A stretch of 64,000 bases of DNA from Frankiales bacterium (GCA_033851265.1 JAWWOW010000005.1:302972-366971); one strand, 5' to 3'. Numbered from the stretch's first letter, positions 37,841-47,592 are shown. A program made the numbers and translations. The notes: generated by a model from the letters alone, not told the origin.

Positions 37841-38677
37841 ATGGGGACGCAGATGACGGTCGAAGCCACGGACGGAATCACTGTCGGGCCGTCGGCACGT
37901 CCCTCCCAAGACACGATCTCGCTCGAGATCGCGCGCTACCGGCCGGGGCACGACGAGCATCCGACGTTCGAGAGTTACGACGTTCCGTACCGCCCCGAGT
38001 GGGTCGTGCTCGACGCGCTCAACTACTTGAAGGACCAGGTCGACGGCACGCTGTCCTACCGGTGGTCGTGCCGCATGGGTGTGTGCGGCTCGTGCGGGAT
38101 GATGGTCAACGGCGTACCGAAGCTGACGTGCGCAACGTTCCTTCGCGACTATCTGCCCGGCCCGATCCGGGTCGAGGCGCTCGCTAACTTTCCGATCGAG
38201 CGCGACCTCGTCATCGTGCTCGACGACTTCATCGAAAAGCTTCCGAAGATCAAGCCGTGGCTCGTCCGTGAGGTCGAGCAACCGCTCGAGGAAGGCGAGT
38301 ACCTCCAGACACCGAAGGAGCTCGCTGACTACAAGCAATACAGCATGTGCATCAACTGCATGCTGTGTTACTCGGCCTGTCCCGTGTATCAGAACGACGA
38401 ACACTTCCTCGGTCCGGCCTTGCTCGCATTGGGTCAGCGCTACAACCACGACTCCCGTGACCAGGGCGCAGCCGAACGGCACGACGTGATGTGGACGAGC
38501 GAGGGTGTCTGGGACTGCACTTTCGTGGGCGAGTGCAGCGTCGTCTGTCCGAAGCATGTAGATCCGGCCGGGGCCATCCAGCAGGCCAAGGTGGAGAGCA
38601 CCATCGGCTGGCAGCTGTCGTTCGCGCCCCCCGTTCCGCCGCTGCCGTTCGGCCGCAAGCAGGCGGAGGAGACCTGA
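37841..38677 (+). CDS. frdB: Fumarate reductase iron-sulfur subunit
   Basis: Cys clusters [27 protein letters not shown] and [12 protein letters not shown]. Confidence 0.9.
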   Translation: MGTQMTVEATDGITVGPSARPSQDTISLEIARYRPGHDEHPTFESYDVPYRPEWVVLDALNYLKDQVDGTLSYRWSCRMGVCGSCGMMVNGVPKLTCATFLRDYLPGPIRVEALANFPIERDLVIVLDDFIEKLPKIKPWLVREVEQPLEEGEYLQTPKELADYKQYSMCINCMLCYSACPVYQNDEHFLGPALLALGQRYNHDSRDQGAAERHDVMWTSEGVWDCTFVGECSVVCPKHVDPAGAIQQAKVESTIGWQLSFAPPVPPLPFGRKQAEET

Positions 38678-38679
38678 CG

Positions 38680-39057
38680 ATGGTCTATCCGCGGCAGCAG
38701 TCCAACTTCTGGTACCTCAAGCGGTGGCCCTACCGCATCTTCATCTTGCGCGAGTTCTCGGCCGTGTTTCTCGCTGCCTACATGGTTGTGCTGCTCATCC
38801 TTGTCATGAAGGTGCACGACGGACCGGCCGCGTTCCATGACTTCGCGGACACGCTGCAGTCGCCGGCGCTCATCGTGTTCAACACCATCGCGCTCTTGTT
38901 TGCGCTGCTGCATACGGTCACGTGGTTCATGGCGGTGCCATCAGCCATGCAGCTGCGGCGGGGCGAAGAAAAGGTGCCGCCGCAATTGCTGATTGGAGCG
39001 GCGTACGTACTCATGCTCGGCGCCTCGGTCGTCGTTCTGCTCCTGGTGTTGGTGTGA
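38680..39057 (+). CDS. frdC: Fumarate reductase membrane anchor subunit C
   Basis: ATG 2 nt after the frdB stop. Three TM helices. Frame-checked against track ORF 38491..39057. Confidence 0.8.
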   Translation: MVYPRQQSNFWYLKRWPYRIFILREFSAVFLAAYMVVLLILVMKVHDGPAAFHDFADTLQSPALIVFNTIALLFALLHTVTWFMAVPSAMQLRRGEEKVPPQLLIGAAYVLMLGASVVVLLLVLV

Positions 39058-39389
39058 TGCGCAGATCATCCGAGCCACTGTTCTGGTCGCTGTTCTCCGG
39101 CGGCGGGATGATCATGGCCATCCTCGCGCCAGTGCTGATCGTGGTTACGGCGTACCTCGTGCCTGCCGACCAGGTGGAGTTCGGTCGGCTGCACGCGATC
39201 TTCACGAACTTCTTCGCACGGCTCGGGCTGATCGTGCTCGCCTTCTTCACGTTCATGCACGCTGCGCATCGGTTGCGCCACACGCTCATTGAGATCGGGT
39301 TCAAACGGTTCGCTCAGCCGATCGCGGCGGGAAGCTACCTCGCTGCGTTGGCAGGGACCGTCTGGGCCGCCGTCGTGGCGTTCTCTTAG
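39057..39389 (+). CDS. frdD: Fumarate reductase membrane anchor subunit D
   Basis: ATG overlapping the frdC stop (TGATG). SLFSGGGMIMA motif typical of FrdD. Three TM helices. Confidence 0.8.
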   Translation: MRRSSEPLFWSLFSGGGMIMAILAPVLIVVTAYLVPADQVEFGRLHAIFTNFFARLGLIVLAFFTFMHAAHRLRHTLIEIGFKRFAQPIAAGSYLAALAGTVWAAVVAFS

Positions 39390-39405
39390 TTGGAGGTGGA
39401 TGGGA

Positions 39406-39828
39406 ATGTCGCGGTACCTGATCGTCACCCATCAGACGGCGCGCAGTCCTGAGCTGCAGCAGAAGATCTCCGAGCTGATCGCGAAGGACGCCGCGGCGGA
39501 GTTCTCGATCCTGATGCCGGAACAGGAGCGCACCGACTCCTGGGAAGGCGGCGACACTCTCGACGTCGCACAGCAGCGCCTTGAGTTGGCGCAAGAAGAA
39601 CTGCAAAAGAACACCGGGGCAAGCGTCGTGCGCACTGCAGTCGGATCCTCAGACCCGTTGAAGGCAATCGAGCAGGAACTGGTTGGACACAAGGACTACT
39701 CGACGATTCTCATCTGCACGCTTCCGCGCGGCGCGTCGCGCTGGCTCAAGCGAGACCTCATCGGAAATGCTCAGAAGAAGTTTGGCCTCCCCGTCATCCA
39801 TGTTGTGGCTGAAGGCGCGAGTCGGTAG
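39406..39828 (+). CDS. Hypothetical protein (possible alpha/beta USP-like fold)
   Basis: ATG 9 nt after GGAGG (39392-39396). 140 aa. Follows frdD by 16 nt. Confidence 0.5.
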   Translation: MSRYLIVTHQTARSPELQQKISELIAKDAAAEFSILMPEQERTDSWEGGDTLDVAQQRLELAQEELQKNTGASVVRTAVGSSDPLKAIEQELVGHKDYSTILICTLPRGASRWLKRDLIGNAQKKFGLPVIHVVAEGASR

Positions 39829-39837
39829 GGGTCGGAC

Positions 39838-40482
39838 TCAACTCAGGCCGGCGCGGGCCTGCCCCTCTGTGTTGGCGGTGTCACGTCGGCGACGTGAGCG
39901 CACGATCCAGATGGCGATCAGCGCGATGGCGACCACGAGGACGGCTGCACTAACCGCGCTGAGTTGTCGCTCCAACGAGTGGTAGCCGGCGCCGGCCAAA
40001 TATCCGAGCGTCGCCACGACCGCGGCCCACATTGATCCGCCAGCGATGTTCGCCACCGTGAATCGCCCGGCGGGTATGCCGCTCATCCCTGCGATGCCGG
40101 GGACTAGCGCCCGCAATGCAGCCGCCCATCGACCGAGGACAACAGCGATGGCGCCGCGACGTCGTACCAGAGCCAGCGCCCGCTCGACTTCTCCCGATCC
40201 CTTGATGCGTTGAGGTAGGCGCGCGAGCAGGGTGCGGCCGTAGCGTCGGCCTACTCGGTAACCGATCTGGTCGCCGACCACGGCGCCGGCAATGGCCGCG
40301 GCGATGACCGCCCACAGCGGGAGCGCACCTCCGTTTGCGACGACGCCGCCGACGATGACGGCGATCTCGCCGGGAATCACCAGCCCGATGAACACAGAGG
40401 CTTCCAGGGCGGGAAGGAGAAAAACGACGCTCAGTACGAGCCACGGTGGGAGCCCGACCAAGGAGTTGATGACCGACGTCAT
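39838..40482 (-). CDS. DedA/VTT-domain family membrane protein
   Basis: LVLSVVFLLPALEASVFIGLVIPGEIAVIVGGV... core with the conserved G-x3-G/E...R-x-G-R motif (IGYRVGRRYGR). Confidence 0.85.
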   Translation of the reverse strand: MTSVINSLVGLPPWLVLSVVFLLPALEASVFIGLVIPGEIAVIVGGVVANGGALPLWAVIAAAIAGAVVGDQIGYRVGRRYGRTLLARLPQRIKGSGEVERALALVRRRGAIAVVLGRWAAALRALVPGIAGMSGIPAGRFTVANIAGGSMWAAVVATLGYLAGAGYHSLERQLSAVSAAVLVVAIALIAIWIVRSRRRRDTANTEGQARAGLS

Positions 40483-40583
40483 TCTCGAACAATGACCGAG
40501 GACTCCTGACAAATTCCTGAACGATGCTGCCGGGAGGGCGACAGCTCAGCCCTCCCGGCAGTGGTTCGTTACACCGGCGCGAG

Positions 40584-40877
40584 TTACTCGACGCCGTTGT
40601 ACTGGTGATCGACATTGCCCGCAGGATCAGCGTGGCCGCCCGGACCGTCCGGGGAACCGGTCTCCGTGCCGGTCTCCGGGTTTTCGGTGCCTGGCGCTTC
40701 CGCGTCCTGCTGGGGGGATGCCGGGGTGCTCGTTGTCGGGGTCTGCGTAGCAGTCGAGACCACCGGCTTGGCGGTGGAGCTGGACGGACTGGACGCCGCC
40801 ATGGCGACACCAGTGCCCAATCCCGTGGCGAGGACCAGCCCGGCCAAGATGGCTACTGGTCTACGTGTCTTCGTCAT
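40584..40877 (-). CDS. Small secreted protein, paralog A, with C-terminal DGPGGHxDPAGNVDHQ motif
   Basis: ATG with GGAGG 9 nt upstream. Signal peptide MTKTRRPVAILAGLVLATGLGTGVAMA. Ser/Thr/Pro-rich middle. Conserved tail PETGTETGSPDGPGGHADPAGNVDHQYNGVE. Confidence 0.6.
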   Translation of the reverse strand: MTKTRRPVAILAGLVLATGLGTGVAMAASSPSSSTAKPVVSTATQTPTTSTPASPQQDAEAPGTENPETGTETGSPDGPGGHADPAGNVDHQYNGVE

Positions 40878-41047
40878 GACAACCAACCTCCTGTTTCAGG
40901 TTCGGTGGCGTTTCCACCGGTGCAACAAGGTGCATCCCGCCCGCTGACGCACGCATGACGCGAGGTGACGCGTTGGTGAAGGCATGTCCAGCAACTCTTA
41001 GGGTTCCGTTCAGCAAATCGTCAGGATTGGAGTGATGAACTCCATTC

Positions 41048-42103
41048 GTGGACCTGACCACTGCTCCTGCGGTGCACGGGACGGGCATCGATCGTCGCCG
41101 GGCGATGAGCTTGGGTGCAGCCCTCGCGACAGTCAGCGCGCTCTGGCTCTACTTCTCCGACACCGATCGGCTCGTCGCACTGAGTGGGGCAGCCGACCAG
41201 CTCGGTGCATCCATCGCGCAAGTGCCATGGGTTGTCGTTGCGGCTAGCGCATTGGCGCTGGCGCTTGCCACCATCCACTACGTCCTTGCTGCGGTCGCGA
41301 TTCGTGCGTCCAGTGGAGCGCCGCTCCCGCTCGGTGAGGCGACGTTGAGCCAGCTTGCATCCTCGGTCCTGAATCGGGTCGCGCCCGGCGGCGTCGGGGG
41401 AATGGTGGTCAACACGCGTTATCTCTCGCGTCATGGCTTGCCGATGGGCGGGGCGCTCACGGCTGTCGGAGCGCTCGGCGTTCTCGGGGGAGTCGCAGAT
41501 CTGCTCGGGACTGGACTGCTGCTTTTCGGCGGCCACTGGATCGGTCTCGGCGGCGGCACGCGCGAACTACATGTGCTCGCGGGCGCTGGGATGCATTGGG
41601 CGCCAACCAAACACCTGGTCACCATGGGCGTAGCGGCAGCGGTGCTCGCCGGTTTGGCCACCGCGGCGTACGTCGTGATCCGGAGGCATCGACGCGCACG
41701 CGGTAAGGACACCGAAGTCGGCGCCCACGCATGGCGGCACATCGCTGCCCTGGCGCGGCGGCCGCGTCGTGCGTCGACGTTGCTGCTCGCGTCCGCCGGG
41801 ACAACCTTTGTGCTCGCGTTCGCCTTCGCGATCGTCGTACAAGCCCTCGTCGGCACCGCCGCGCCGTCGCTTGCCGCACTCATGGTCGTCTACCTCGTCG
41901 GAGCAGCTGCTGCTTCGGCGGTACACATCCCAGCAATCGCGGGACCAACAGAAATCGCATTGACCGCGGCGCTCGTCGCCAGTGGTGTTGCGGCCGGCCC
42001 GGCCCTTGTGTCGGTGCTGTTGTTCCGCGGGCTCACCTTCTGGGCACCGGTCCCCGTCGGGCTTTTCGCGGTGCGAGCGCTGCGCCGCCGTGGTGCGCTA
42101 TGA
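41048..42103 (+). CDS. Polytopic membrane protein (possibly UPF0104/flippase-like family)
   Basis: 351 aa, about 8 hydrophobic segments, Gly/Ala-rich helices, basic loops (RRHRRARGK). Family assignment tentative. Confidence 0.65.
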   Translation: MDLTTAPAVHGTGIDRRRAMSLGAALATVSALWLYFSDTDRLVALSGAADQLGASIAQVPWVVVAASALALALATIHYVLAAVAIRASSGAPLPLGEATLSQLASSVLNRVAPGGVGGMVVNTRYLSRHGLPMGGALTAVGALGVLGGVADLLGTGLLLFGGHWIGLGGGTRELHVLAGAGMHWAPTKHLVTMGVAAAVLAGLATAAYVVIRRHRRARGKDTEVGAHAWRHIAALARRPRRASTLLLASAGTTFVLAFAFAIVVQALVGTAAPSLAALMVVYLVGAAAASAVHIPAIAGPTEIALTAALVASGVAAGPALVSVLLFRGLTFWAPVPVGLFAVRALRRRGAL

Positions 42104-42169
42104 GAAAAGCCAGCTACCGGGAGGCAGGGGGCGCACTCCCGGTAGCTGGTCTTGTTGGGCCGAGAAGAG

Positions 42170-42550
42170 TTACTCGGTGCCCTCGAACTGGTGGTCTACG
42201 TTGCCCGCGGGGTCTTCGTGCCCGCCGGGACCGTCCGAGGGGCTCTCCGTCTCGGTACCGGTCTCAGGTGCCTCGGTCCCGGGCGCCTCTGCAGCTTCCG
42301 ACCCCGTGTCCGGGGTCGTCTGGTCACCTTCCTGAACATTGTCCGCGTCCGTCGGTGCGGCCGGCTTGGCCTTCGCCGGGGCGGCGGGAGCGGCAACCGC
42401 GGCTGGCGCTTTGGTCACCACCGTGGACACAACTGCAGGCTTAGTCGGCGCATTCGAGCCCGTTGCCGCGAACGCGACGCCGGTGCCCAGGCCTCCGGCA
42501 GCCAGCGCTAGTCCAGCTGCGATCGCAAGCGGTCGGTGGATCTTTGGCAT
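42170..42550 (-). CDS. Small secreted protein, paralog B, with C-terminal DGPGGHxDPAGNVDHQ motif
   Basis: Start at MPKIHRPLAIAAGLALAAGGLGTGVAFA. Tail PETGTETESPSDGPGGHEDPAGNVDHQFEGTE is nearly identical to paralog A. Confidence 0.6.
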   Translation of the reverse strand: MPKIHRPLAIAAGLALAAGGLGTGVAFAATGSNAPTKPAVVSTVVTKAPAAVAAPAAPAKAKPAAPTDADNVQEGDQTTPDTGSEAAEAPGTEAPETGTETESPSDGPGGHEDPAGNVDHQFEGTE

Positions 42551-42717
42551 GGTGCAAGCCTTCCCGTTCGTCCGGTGGCGGTTCCACCGGCTTGGGCACA
42601 CGCTGCACGGGCGGGCCTGACGGGACGGTGAACGTTCCTGACAACGCTGGCTGCGCGGCGCCGTTCAGAATCTGTTCAGATTGGCTTAGCCACTATGGCC
42701 CGGCTGGAAGGGGAACC

Positions 42718-43398
42718 GTGCCGAGAGTGCTAGTGGTTGAGGACGAGGCGGGTATCGCCACGGCGGTACGCCGCGGCCTGATCGCCGAGGGCTTCACCGT
42801 GGACATCGCCGACAACGGCGTCGACGGCTTATGGCGAGTAACCGAGAACGAGTACGACGCCGTCGTACTCGACATCATGTTGCCGCAGCTGTCTGGCTAC
42901 GAAGTCTTGCGCCAGATGCGCGCCGCCAACGTCTGGGCCCCGGTGCTCATGCTGACCGCGAAGGACGGGGAGTACGACGTCGCCGACGCACTCGATCTAG
43001 GCGCTGATGACTACCTGACCAAGCCGTTCTCCTTCGTCGTACTCATGGCGCGGCTGCGGGCGATGATGCGCCGAGTTCAGCGCGAGCGCCCCGCGGTACT
43101 GATGGCCGGTGATCTCGAGTTGGACCCAGCTCGTCGGCAGTGCGTTCGCGGCACGGTCGAGATCAAACTGACCGCGCGGGAGTTCGCCGTCCTCGAATAC
43201 CTGATGCGCTACCACGACGAAGTTGTGTCGAGGAGCGAGATCCTCGCGCACGTGTGGGACGAGAACTTCGAGGGTGACCCGAACATCGTTGATGTGTACG
43301 TCGGACGTCTCCGGCGCAAGGTAGATACACCGTTCAAGCGGCAGGCCATCGAAACCGTGCGTGGTGTGGGCTACCGGCTGCACGGCACCGGTGGCTGA
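42718..43398 (+). CDS. OmpR-family response regulator
   Basis: GTG start (residue-counted from the track ORF). Receiver LVVEDE...D...LMLTAKD. Winged-helix C-terminus (RGVGYRL). Confidence 0.9.
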   Translation: MPRVLVVEDEAGIATAVRRGLIAEGFTVDIADNGVDGLWRVTENEYDAVVLDIMLPQLSGYEVLRQMRAANVWAPVLMLTAKDGEYDVADALDLGADDYLTKPFSFVVLMARLRAMMRRVQRERPAVLMAGDLELDPARRQCVRGTVEIKLTAREFAVLEYLMRYHDEVVSRSEILAHVWDENFEGDPNIVDVYVGRLRRKVDTPFKRQAIETVRGVGYRLHGTGG

Positions 43399-43402
43399 CT
43401 TG

Positions 43403-44749
43403 ATGAGCGGTTGGTGGCGGCGGCGCTCGCTGCGCGCCCGCCTCACCGTTGCAGCGACCGCGGCTATCACCGTGGTGATCGCTGCCGCGGCAGCATTGCT
43501 GCTGTGGCGGGTGCACGCGTCTCTCGTCTCTCAACTCGACGCGACGATCACGCGAGAGGCGCTCAGCGTCGGTGCGGTCGTCCGCAACGCTGACCAACCA
43601 GTCGTGCCCGGCAAACTCGCTGGGGACATCGTCGTGCAGGTCGTCGACAACAACGGTCGCGTTGTTGCCAGCTCAGAGAACATCAACGGCGAGAGCCGAC
43701 TGTTCAGTTTCCGGGCACCCACGCCGCTTGCCAACGTGAGCATCCGCACGATGCCTAACGTCCCGGTGGGGGAGCAGGGTGAATATCGAGTGGCGGCCAC
43801 CGCGGTCGGCGGGGCCATTCCGTACACGGTGTACGTGGGCCGACCACTGGAGCCGACGAACCGGAGCGTGACCGAGTTCACGGTCGGGCTCGCGGTCGGC
43901 GTACCCGTGCTCGCCGCCGTCCTCGGCGGCATCACGTGGCTGCTCGTGGGGCTTGCCTTGCGACCGGTCGAAGTGCTCCGCAGGCAGGCGGCAGAAATAA
44001 CGGTCACAGATTTGCACCGCCGGGTCGACGTGCCACCGGCTCGGGACGAGTTGGCACGGCTGGCTGCCACTCTCAATGAGTTGCTCGATCGGTTGGACAG
44101 ATCACTGACCCAACAACAGCAATTCATCGCCGACGCAGCCCATGAGTTACGCAGTCCTATTACGTCGTTGCTTGCACAGCTTGAGGTAGCCGAACGCGGC
44201 GGCGGGGGCGCGACACCGGCCGAGCTCGCCCCTGAGGTCTGGCGGTTGTCCAAGCTCACCGATGACCTGCTGACGCTCGCGAGCCTCGACGCGGCTCCGT
44301 CAGGGCATCGGGACGAGGTGGACCTCGATGACCTCGTCTTCGCAGAGGTACAACGGCCGCGGCAGCGCACCGACGTGACCGTCGATGTCAGCGGTGTTTC
44401 CGCAGCTAGCGTTCATGGCGACGTAACGATGCTGACCCGCGTCGTACGCAACCTTCTGGATAACGCGATTCGTCACGCCCGCAGCCGAGTCGTCGTACAA
44501 CTGACTAGTGGGGGGAGCGATGCGACTCTGGTCGTCGCTGACGACGGTCCCGGCATTCCGGAGGAGAAGCGCGTTGAGGTGTTCGAGCGGTTCTCCCGGC
44601 TCGACGATGCCCGTGACCGCGATGCTGGTGGACGGGGGCTCGGTCTCGCCATCGTTCGTGATGTTGTGAACGCGCATGATGGTGTGGTGACCATCGAGGA
44701 CAATGACCCAGGCGCACGCTTTGTGGTGCGACTGCCGGCTGATCAATAG
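43403..44749 (+). CDS. Sensor histidine kinase (2 TM, HAMP, HisKA, HATPase_c)
   Basis: ATG 5 nt after the RR stop. H-box AAHELRSPIT. N box LLDNAIRHA. G boxes. Confidence 0.9.
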   Translation: MSGWWRRRSLRARLTVAATAAITVVIAAAAALLLWRVHASLVSQLDATITREALSVGAVVRNADQPVVPGKLAGDIVVQVVDNNGRVVASSENINGESRLFSFRAPTPLANVSIRTMPNVPVGEQGEYRVAATAVGGAIPYTVYVGRPLEPTNRSVTEFTVGLAVGVPVLAAVLGGITWLLVGLALRPVEVLRRQAAEITVTDLHRRVDVPPARDELARLAATLNELLDRLDRSLTQQQQFIADAAHELRSPITSLLAQLEVAERGGGGATPAELAPEVWRLSKLTDDLLTLASLDAAPSGHRDEVDLDDLVFAEVQRPRQRTDVTVDVSGVSAASVHGDVTMLTRVVRNLLDNAIRHARSRVVVQLTSGGSDATLVVADDGPGIPEEKRVEVFERFSRLDDARDRDAGGRGLGLAIVRDVVNAHDGVVTIEDNDPGARFVVRLPADQ

Positions 44750-44757
44750 CCAATGAG

Positions 44758-44830
44758 TGCGCCGCCAGGGACTCGAACCCCGAACCCGCTGGTTAAGAGC
44801 CAGCTGCTCTGCCAATTGAGCTAGCGGCGC
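44758..44830 (-). tRNA. tRNA-Lys (anticodon CUU)
   Basis: Reverse-strand cloverleaf. Acceptor GCGCCGC/GCGGCGC. D-arm GCTC-AATTGGCA-GAGC. Anticodon arm GCTGG-CTCTTAA-CCAGC. T-arm CGGGG-TTCGAGT-CCCTG. Discriminator A. Confidence 0.85.
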
Positions 44831-45266
44831 CAGCTGCGCTCGATGTTATCAGCGGAGTCTCCGCCGACCCGAGGTGTTATGCGGTCTCGGTTACCGGCTC
44901 AACGAGTGGTGCAGGAAGCGGCATGACGCGCGGGTGCGGGACGGAGTTCGACGGTCCGGCGACCGCGAGTTGGACGGTTTCAGCAACGTCGCGTGGCTCG
45001 TCGAGCATGCGCTCGTACCGCTCGAGTAGCCGGAGCATGACGAGGAGTACTGCCGGCAGGAGCAGCGAGAGCAGTAACAAGTCGAATTCCTTACCAGGAC
45101 AACGGTTCTGAGCCCGGACACCTTATCCACAACCCTGGCCTAGATCGCCGCAGGACCCGCCCGGGACGCGCCCGCACCCAGCCGGTACGCGGCGTTTGCG
45201 CTCACCTCCTGGTTGACCCGAGATCCGACGGGGCGAAGGATCCTCCCGCCAAGCGAAGGAGGAGGG

Positions 45267-45710
45267 ATGTCCACCATTCATTTGCACCAGTCGACGACCG
45301 CGACCCCCGAGCAGTTCGTCGCCGGGCTTACTGACTTCGGCCCGGGGCGCTCGAAGCTCTTCGGCAACAGTGCCGATGAGTACCTCAAGGTGCATGACCA
45401 AGGCCCGACCCACGCCGACGTTACGGAGGGCTCGGCCGGCATCTGGGAACGCCTGCACTACGACTGGTCCGATCCAAACCGCGTCGTCATGACGACCACC
45501 GACTCCAACCTGTGGGGAGGCGCGTCAGGCCACACCTACACGTTCACGCGACAGCCCGACGGGACGACCGACGTGGACGCCGTCGTCGTACGCGAGGGCA
45601 AGAACATCAAAGGACGGGTGCTCGGGGTCGTGGTCGCGACCATCGGCAAGCGCGTCTTGACAAAGGCGTTCGCCAACACTGTCAAGGCCATCGAAGCCCG
45701 GAACAGTTGA
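45267..45710 (+). CDS. SRPBCC (polyketide cyclase/dehydrase-like) family protein
   Basis: ATG after GAAGGAGGAGGG. 147 aa with SRPBCC-like composition. Confidence 0.75.
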   Translation: MSTIHLHQSTTATPEQFVAGLTDFGPGRSKLFGNSADEYLKVHDQGPTHADVTEGSAGIWERLHYDWSDPNRVVMTTTDSNLWGGASGHTYTFTRQPDGTTDVDAVVVREGKNIKGRVLGVVVATIGKRVLTKAFANTVKAIEARNS

Positions 45711-45723
45711 GCGAAAGAAAACA

Positions 45724-45800
45724 TGGGGTGAGTGACGGGGCTCGAACCCGCGACAACCGGGACCACAACCCGGTGCTCTACCAGCTGAGCTACACCCACC
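45724..45800 (-). tRNA. tRNA-His (anticodon GUG), CCA encoded
   Basis: Reverse-strand. Extra 5' G(-1) pairing with discriminator C. Acceptor GTGGGTG/CACTCAC. Anticodon arm CCGGG-TTGTGGT-CCCGG. T-arm GCGGG-TTCGAGC-CCCGT. 3' CCA present. Confidence 0.85.
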
Positions 45801-45837
45801 ATGGAGTCCGCAGCCGCGGCTACGAACAGGCTCAAGT

Positions 45838-46494
45838 CTAGTGGCTCGCCGGGACCGCTCCTGATCCGTCGTCGTTCTTAGCCGGTGCTGGCGGCGGCGT
45901 ACCGGAGATCGATGCAGCGATCGCTGTTGCGCGTTCGGCATCGGGACCAGGTGGCTGCACGAGCACCGTCGCCCGGTAGTAACGCAACTCGTCGATGCTC
46001 TCCTTGATATCCGCCAGCGCGCGATGACCGCCGGCCTTCGCGGGGGCGTTGTAGTAAACGCGCGGATACCACCGGCGCGCGAGCTCCTTGATGCTCGATA
46101 CGTCGATCATCCGATAGTGCATGTGCGACTCGAGCTTCGGCATGTCCCGCGCCAGGAACGCCCGGTCGGTCGCGACTGAGTTGCCACACAGCGGCGCCTT
46201 GCCGGCGTCGGGCACGAACTGACGGATGTAGTCGAGCAGCTGCTCCTCGGCGTCCGCCATCGACAGCGTGGCGACCTTGATCTCCTCGAGCAGGCCTGAC
46301 GACGTGTGCATCTCGCGTACGACGTCGGGCATCCCGTCGAGCGCTTCCTCCGTCGTAGCAATGACGAGGTCGAGGCCGTCGTCGAGCAGCGCAAGCTCGG
46401 AATCTGTGATGACGACGGCGACCTCGACGAGCGCATCACGGCTCAGGTCGAGGCCGGTCATCTCACAGTCGATCCACACCAGCCGGTCAAGCAC
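45838..46494 (-). CDS. orn: Oligoribonuclease
   Basis: LVWIDCEMTGLD DEDD exonuclease motif I. HYRMIDVSSIKEL motif III. Confidence 0.9.
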   Translation of the reverse strand: MLDRLVWIDCEMTGLDLSRDALVEVAVVITDSELALLDDGLDLVIATTEEALDGMPDVVREMHTSSGLLEEIKVATLSMADAEEQLLDYIRQFVPDAGKAPLCGNSVATDRAFLARDMPKLESHMHYRMIDVSSIKELARRWYPRVYYNAPAKAGGHRALADIKESIDELRYYRATVLVQPPGPDAERATAIAASISGTPPPAPAKNDDGSGAVPASH

Positions 46495-46533
46495 CCGCGC
46501 AGCCTACGACGGAATCGGACATCGGCCGCGCAA

Positions 46534-46983
46534 CTACGCACCCGGCGCGGGCGTGCCCCACGGCCGGACGGCCCGGAGAGCGGCCACCAGGTTGATGACT
46601 CCGATGGCGGCCGGGCAGTACAGGTCGGCGCCCTCGTCGAGCGCTTCCGACTCGTCCTGCGGGCTGCCGGTGCCGTTGATGACGACGAGAGCCGCGGTCG
46701 GCGCTGCCATCCGGAGGGCGCGTAGCAGCAATCGCTCGTTGAGGGCATGCATGGCAAGGTCGACGATCATGAGGTCGGGCTGCAGGTCCTGGGCTCGGTG
46801 GACCGCGACGGCGTAGGTGGCGGCGGTGCCGACGACAGTGAAGTCGGGTTCACCGTCGAGAATCCCCTGCAGCGCAGCGGAGTGAATCGACCGGTCCGTC
46901 ACCAGCAGGACCCGCCGGCTCGCGGTTACTCGGGACGGCAGCGCTGTGACGGACTGCCGACTCATCGTGCGACGTTGCTCCAT
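46534..46983 (-). CDS. Stand-alone response-regulator receiver domain protein
   Basis: VLLVTDR...DLMIVDLAMH receiver-like pattern. No output domain. Start chosen at the internal Met. Confidence 0.55.
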   Translation of the reverse strand: MEQRRTMSRQSVTALPSRVTASRRVLLVTDRSIHSAALQGILDGEPDFTVVGTAATYAVAVHRAQDLQPDLMIVDLAMHALNERLLLRALRMAAPTAALVVINGTGSPQDESEALDEGADLYCPAAIGVINLVAALRAVRPWGTPAPGA

Positions 46984-47196
46984 GAGACTGGCCTTGCCCT
47001 TCGACCGGAGTTGCTGGGATGTGTCGGTCTTGAGCCCCCCATTTGGACCTGCGTGCATTGGTCTATTCGGCCCAGCAAGAGTCAGTCTTGAGCCCAATGT
47101 CGGATTTCGCAGGCAGTTGTCACCCAAACGGCACATTCCGCTCATGGGCCGGCGCAGGGCTCGTCCCGGTAGCCGGTGCAGTTCGTGAGCCCGAGG

Positions 47197-47592
47197 TCAG
47201 GTGTAGAGAGTGCCGTCCTCGCAGAAACACAGGTCGGTGCCCCACGGGTCGACGACGTAGAACGAGCGCTCACCCCAGGGCCTTTCGAGAACGTCGCCGG
47301 CAGGTAATCCGTGCACCTGGTACGGCGCGAGGATGCCGAGACGCGCCGCTCGCTCGTGTACGGCGTGGATGTCGTCGACCGCGAAGTACAGCGACTTTGG
47401 TCCTGGCGTCGGCACCATTCCCCCGCGCGAGACGTCGAGGACCGCGAGGGTGACACCGCCACAGTCAAAGTAGTGGCGGGCGCCCGGATGCTGCTGCCCC
47501 TCGACGCCAAGGAGCTCGCGGTACAGCGCCGTCGCTCGGTCGATGTCATCGACTTCAATGGTGACGCGAAACAATTGCGGGGATTTGCTCAT
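47197..47592 (-). CDS. VOC/glyoxalase family protein
   Basis: 131 aa. FRVTIEVDDIDRATALYRELLG VOC N-terminal signature. Confidence 0.85.
   Translation of the reverse strand: MSKSPQLFRVTIEVDDIDRATALYRELLGVEGQQHPGARHYFDCGGVTLAVLDVSRGGMVPTPGPKSLYFAVDDIHAVHERAARLGILAPYQVHGLPAGDVLERPWGERSFYVVDPWGTDLCFCEDGTLYT

Noticed and set aside
39846-39897. Two short inverted repeats (caggcc...ggcctg; tcacgtcg-g-cgacgtga) just downstream of the USP-like gene
   Set aside because: They lie inside the 3' coding end of the convergent DedA gene. Possibly a terminator for the plus-strand operon but indistinguishable from chance GC-rich palindromes.
44877-45080. 67-aa minus-strand ORF (MLLLSLLLPAVLLVML...) in the lower-GC spacer after tRNA-Lys
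   Set aside because: No RBS. Composition consistent with chance ORF in non-coding DNA. Kept only as a note within the tRNA-region finding.
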